A program made the translations under genes and the position numbers. From Chara braunii (Eukaryota; Plantae; Charophyceae), in assembly GCA_003427395.1 (NCBI GenBank), contig BFEA01000018.1:3239461-3303460 (forward strand): DNA of 64,000 bases, written 5' to 3'. Below are positions 61,700 to 64,000 of this stretch, piece by piece; the stretch's first letter is position 1; every line of letters starts with the position of its first letter. A model generated the notes under the pieces. It was given only the letters and a program-made list of their open reading frames with translations. It searched no databases and was not told the origin of the DNA.

Positions 61700-62372
61700 T
61701 CTGCTTCTTCTTCGTCCTCCTCTTCATCCGTGTCCTTCTCCTCCTCCGCCTTCACCTCCTTCTCCTCTGCCTCCAACAGTCGTTGCTCGTCCTCCTCGTC
61801 CTCTGCTTCTTCTTCGTCCTCTTCTCTGTCCTCGTCCTTCTCCTCCTCCTCGTCGTCCTCCTGTTGTTCGTTTTGTTTGTCCTCGTCCTTGTCCTCGTCC
61901 TCCTTTTTCTCCTCCTCGTCCTTCTCTTCTTCTTCGTCCTTGTCCTCCTTCCTCCTCCTTCTCTTTGTCCTTGTCCTTCTCCTCCTCCACCTTCACCTCC
62001 TTCTCCTCCTCCAATAGTTGTTGTTCGTCCTCCTAGTCGTCTGCTTCTTCTTCATCCTCCTCTTTGTCCTTGTCCTTCTTTCTCCTTCTCCTCATTGTCA
62101 TCGTCCACCTGTTGTTCTTTTTTCTCGTCCTCTTTTTCCTCCTTTTCCACCTCCTCTTCTTCTTCGTCCTCGTCCTCGTCTTCCTCCTATTCCTCTTCTT
62201 AGTCCTCCCCCTCGCCCTCGTCGTCCTCTTGTTGTACTTTTTTTTCCATTCTCGTTGTCAGGGGAGAGGCGAAACGCGTCGGAGGCCTCTTCGTCCTCCT
62301 CGTTCTCCTAGTCATCCTCGGCCCTTTCCTTCTCGTCTTCCTCCTCCTCCTCCTCCTCCTCCTCCTTGTCCT
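61700..62372. repeat. Low-complexity (CCT/CTT/CGT)n pyrimidine-rich tract
   Basis: Degenerate trinucleotide microsatellite visible directly in the sequence. Confidence 0.9.
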
Positions 62373-62523
62373 CCTCTAATCATTCGGGTTACGCGATAAA
62401 ACTGCTCAGCAGCTGCAACTATCCTGAGGGAAACTTCGTAGGGAGCCAGCTACTAGACGGTTCGATAAGCCTTTCGCCCGTAAGTCTGACGAACGATTTG
62501 GACGTTCCTATCGCTTAGAGCCT
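62373..62523 (-). pseudogene. 28S (LSU) rRNA fragment, LR5-primer region
   Basis: cctctaatcatt..ctatcctgagggaaacttcg..ccagctactagacggttcgat..gacgaacgatttg..tatcgct is the reverse complement of conserved LSU rRNA, with several substitutions and a small deletion. Confidence 0.9.
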
Positions 62524-62600
62524 TGTCTTATATATATATTTTACAACCGGGGTTAAGGTGGATTATCACTCACAGTGTAATCAGTTAGGGGATTCTGCTG

Positions 62601-62652
62601 ACTGTTGAGGGTTCAGCCTCCTGATGAGTCGGTGAAACTCCGAGGAAACAGT
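62601..62652 (+). ncRNA. Type III hammerhead ribozyme (one core-adjacent mismatch)
   Basis: actgt-t | gagg-gttcag-cctc | CTGATGA | gtcgg-tgaaact-ccgag | GAA-acagt. Stems I, II and III all close. The cleavage triplet is GUU (cut after 62606). The G10.1-C11.1 pair is G.G here. Confidence 0.8.
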
Positions 62653-62744
62653 TTGTCACAGCCCTTCGTTTGTTGTCCTCTTCTCCCTCTCTGCCTACAG
62701 TTTACCGGGCAGCTCTGTTTGACCAACTTTGATGATATATATGT

Positions 62745-62910
62745 TAAATCAGTCAATCAATCAGTGAAAAACAGGGAAAAAAAGACCCAGCGAATCAATC
62801 GATTCACTTGAATATTGATTTCGAACTCAGTATCCAATTGAATCGATTGATTTCAATTGTTTTTTTTTCCCTTTTTTTTTGACTGACCGATTGATTGATT
62901 GATTGATGAA
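62745..62910. repeat. ~165-bp palindrome (foldback/MITE-like)
   Basis: aatcagtcaatcaatcagt..gggaaaaaaa..aatcaatcgattca..[ttcgaa]..tgaatcgattgatt..tttttttccc..actgaccgattgattgatt. Confidence 0.8.
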
Positions 62911-63054
62911 TCGGATTACCCGATACTGTTCAACAGCTCCAACTATCCCGATGGAAACTTCGGAGGGAACCAGATACTAGACGGTTCGATTAGTCTTTCG
63001 CCCGTATACCTAAGTCTGATGAACGATTTGCACGTCTGTATCGCTTAGAGTCTC
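62911..63054 (-). pseudogene. 28S (LSU) rRNA fragment, second copy of the same region
   Basis: ggaaacttcggagggaaccagatactagacggttcgattagtctttcgccc..aagtctgatgaacgatttgcacgtc..tatcgct. Confidence 0.9.
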
Positions 63055-64000
63055 ATCTCATAAACGTGTTATTTTCTATGTGGCAAATCTGGGTATCCGG
63101 CAGGCCAATTTCATCCAGATTTTTCAATTTGGATGAAAATTCCGGATTAATTTTGGATGTGGAAAATCTGGCCCTGCATAAAAATATGTTTTCTTAACAA
63201 ACAAAAAAAAATCAAAAAAATCTGGATAAGAAAGTATGTTGTTCATATCTGTGTAGCAGACCGAACATGTTCGGAGCTTTTCCGAACGTCTGAACATGTT
63301 CGGGTGTTCGGCCGAACATATGTGAGGAACAAGCCTCAAGTGGCCCTTTCAGACATCACATTGTTCTGGGCCAAGGCCCCAGCAAGGCGAGTGCCCGCCC
63401 TAAGTGAAGGCGGGCCTGAATATTCGTCTCAGGCGAAATTCGACATTTCCATATGTGGGTATTCAGGCTCTTGCAGCGCGTCAGTTGGTTGAATGAACGC
63501 GCGAGCCTCACTAAGCTGCGCCGTACAGTTGGCCCAAGCCACGAAAGTTGTGCCTGGGCACCTACACACAAAGCAGGGCCGATGTATTGAGAAGCCAGCC
63601 GTCGGCCTCTGGACAAGCAGTACAGCCGACGCACCTACCTGGGGGCCCTGCGCAGATGCAGCTAACAGCCCAAGTCCGGAGACTCAGGCCGCGCCCAACT
63701 GTAAAGGGCCCAGGCCCTCAACTGTAAGTCTAGGCCTGGGCACAGGGTCCGAGGCCCAACCGGAAGCCACTGGAAGCTTCCAGCCAGGCCACACGCAGCA
63801 TGCAGCAGGCTGCCACTTCCATAAAGGAAGTGAGGCAGCCCAGGCCAGGCATTCTGGCCAGCGCTGGCAATGCGGAAGTGCTGCTGCACCCTCGTTTGAT
63901 GCTGCGCTGCTGCCAAGGGTGCTGACGGGGCGCGGGGCCCGAGAGGTGAAGTGGGGCGCTGCAGGGCTGCAGGGCAGCGGGGCGCAGGCGGCCATAGCCG

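Noticed and set aside
61681-62399. Leu/Ser/Pro/Glu-rich ORFs; likewise the RERERE/LSLSLS ORFs at (AG)n tracts
   Set aside because: They are translations of microsatellites and low-complexity DNA.
62373-63054. Functional rRNA locus
   Set aside because: These are only ~150-bp mutated fragments, with no flanking rDNA.

Overview
Repeat-rich eukaryotic nuclear DNA. A plant-type DCP1, a U6 fragment, a tRNA-Asp primer-binding site, L1 LINEs and long (AG)n tracts point to a green plant (streptophyte); a Chara-like alga is my guess, not proven. The window has five larger N gaps. The only clear host gene is an intact, intronless mRNA-decapping gene DCP1 (48073-49347, +). The rest is mostly nested, decayed transposons: a LINE ORF1 remnant (1-~4700, -), a truncated Ty3/gypsy gag-protease element (~6850-12470, +), three related minus-strand Athila-like LTR elements (A ~13300-16830, B 16831-~21680, C 21680-34613), a hAT MITE with an 8-bp TSD, and a decayed L1 ORF2 (~34670-39870, +). 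The main find is that each of the three related LTR elements carries its own array of hairpins. Within an array the 17-20-nt core is conserved while the closing stems differ and still pair, and in A and B the spacers are unique. In A and B the array also sits next to a homologous ~350-nt structured non-coding module. Together these look like an RNA-structure cassette of this retroelement lineage that I do not recognise. Other notable items are the 3' half of U6 snRNA embedded in both 5.2-kb LTRs of element C, a type III hammerhead ribozyme between two co-terminal 28S rRNA fragments, and a pair of miRNA-like long hairpins. All alignments and folds were done by eye.
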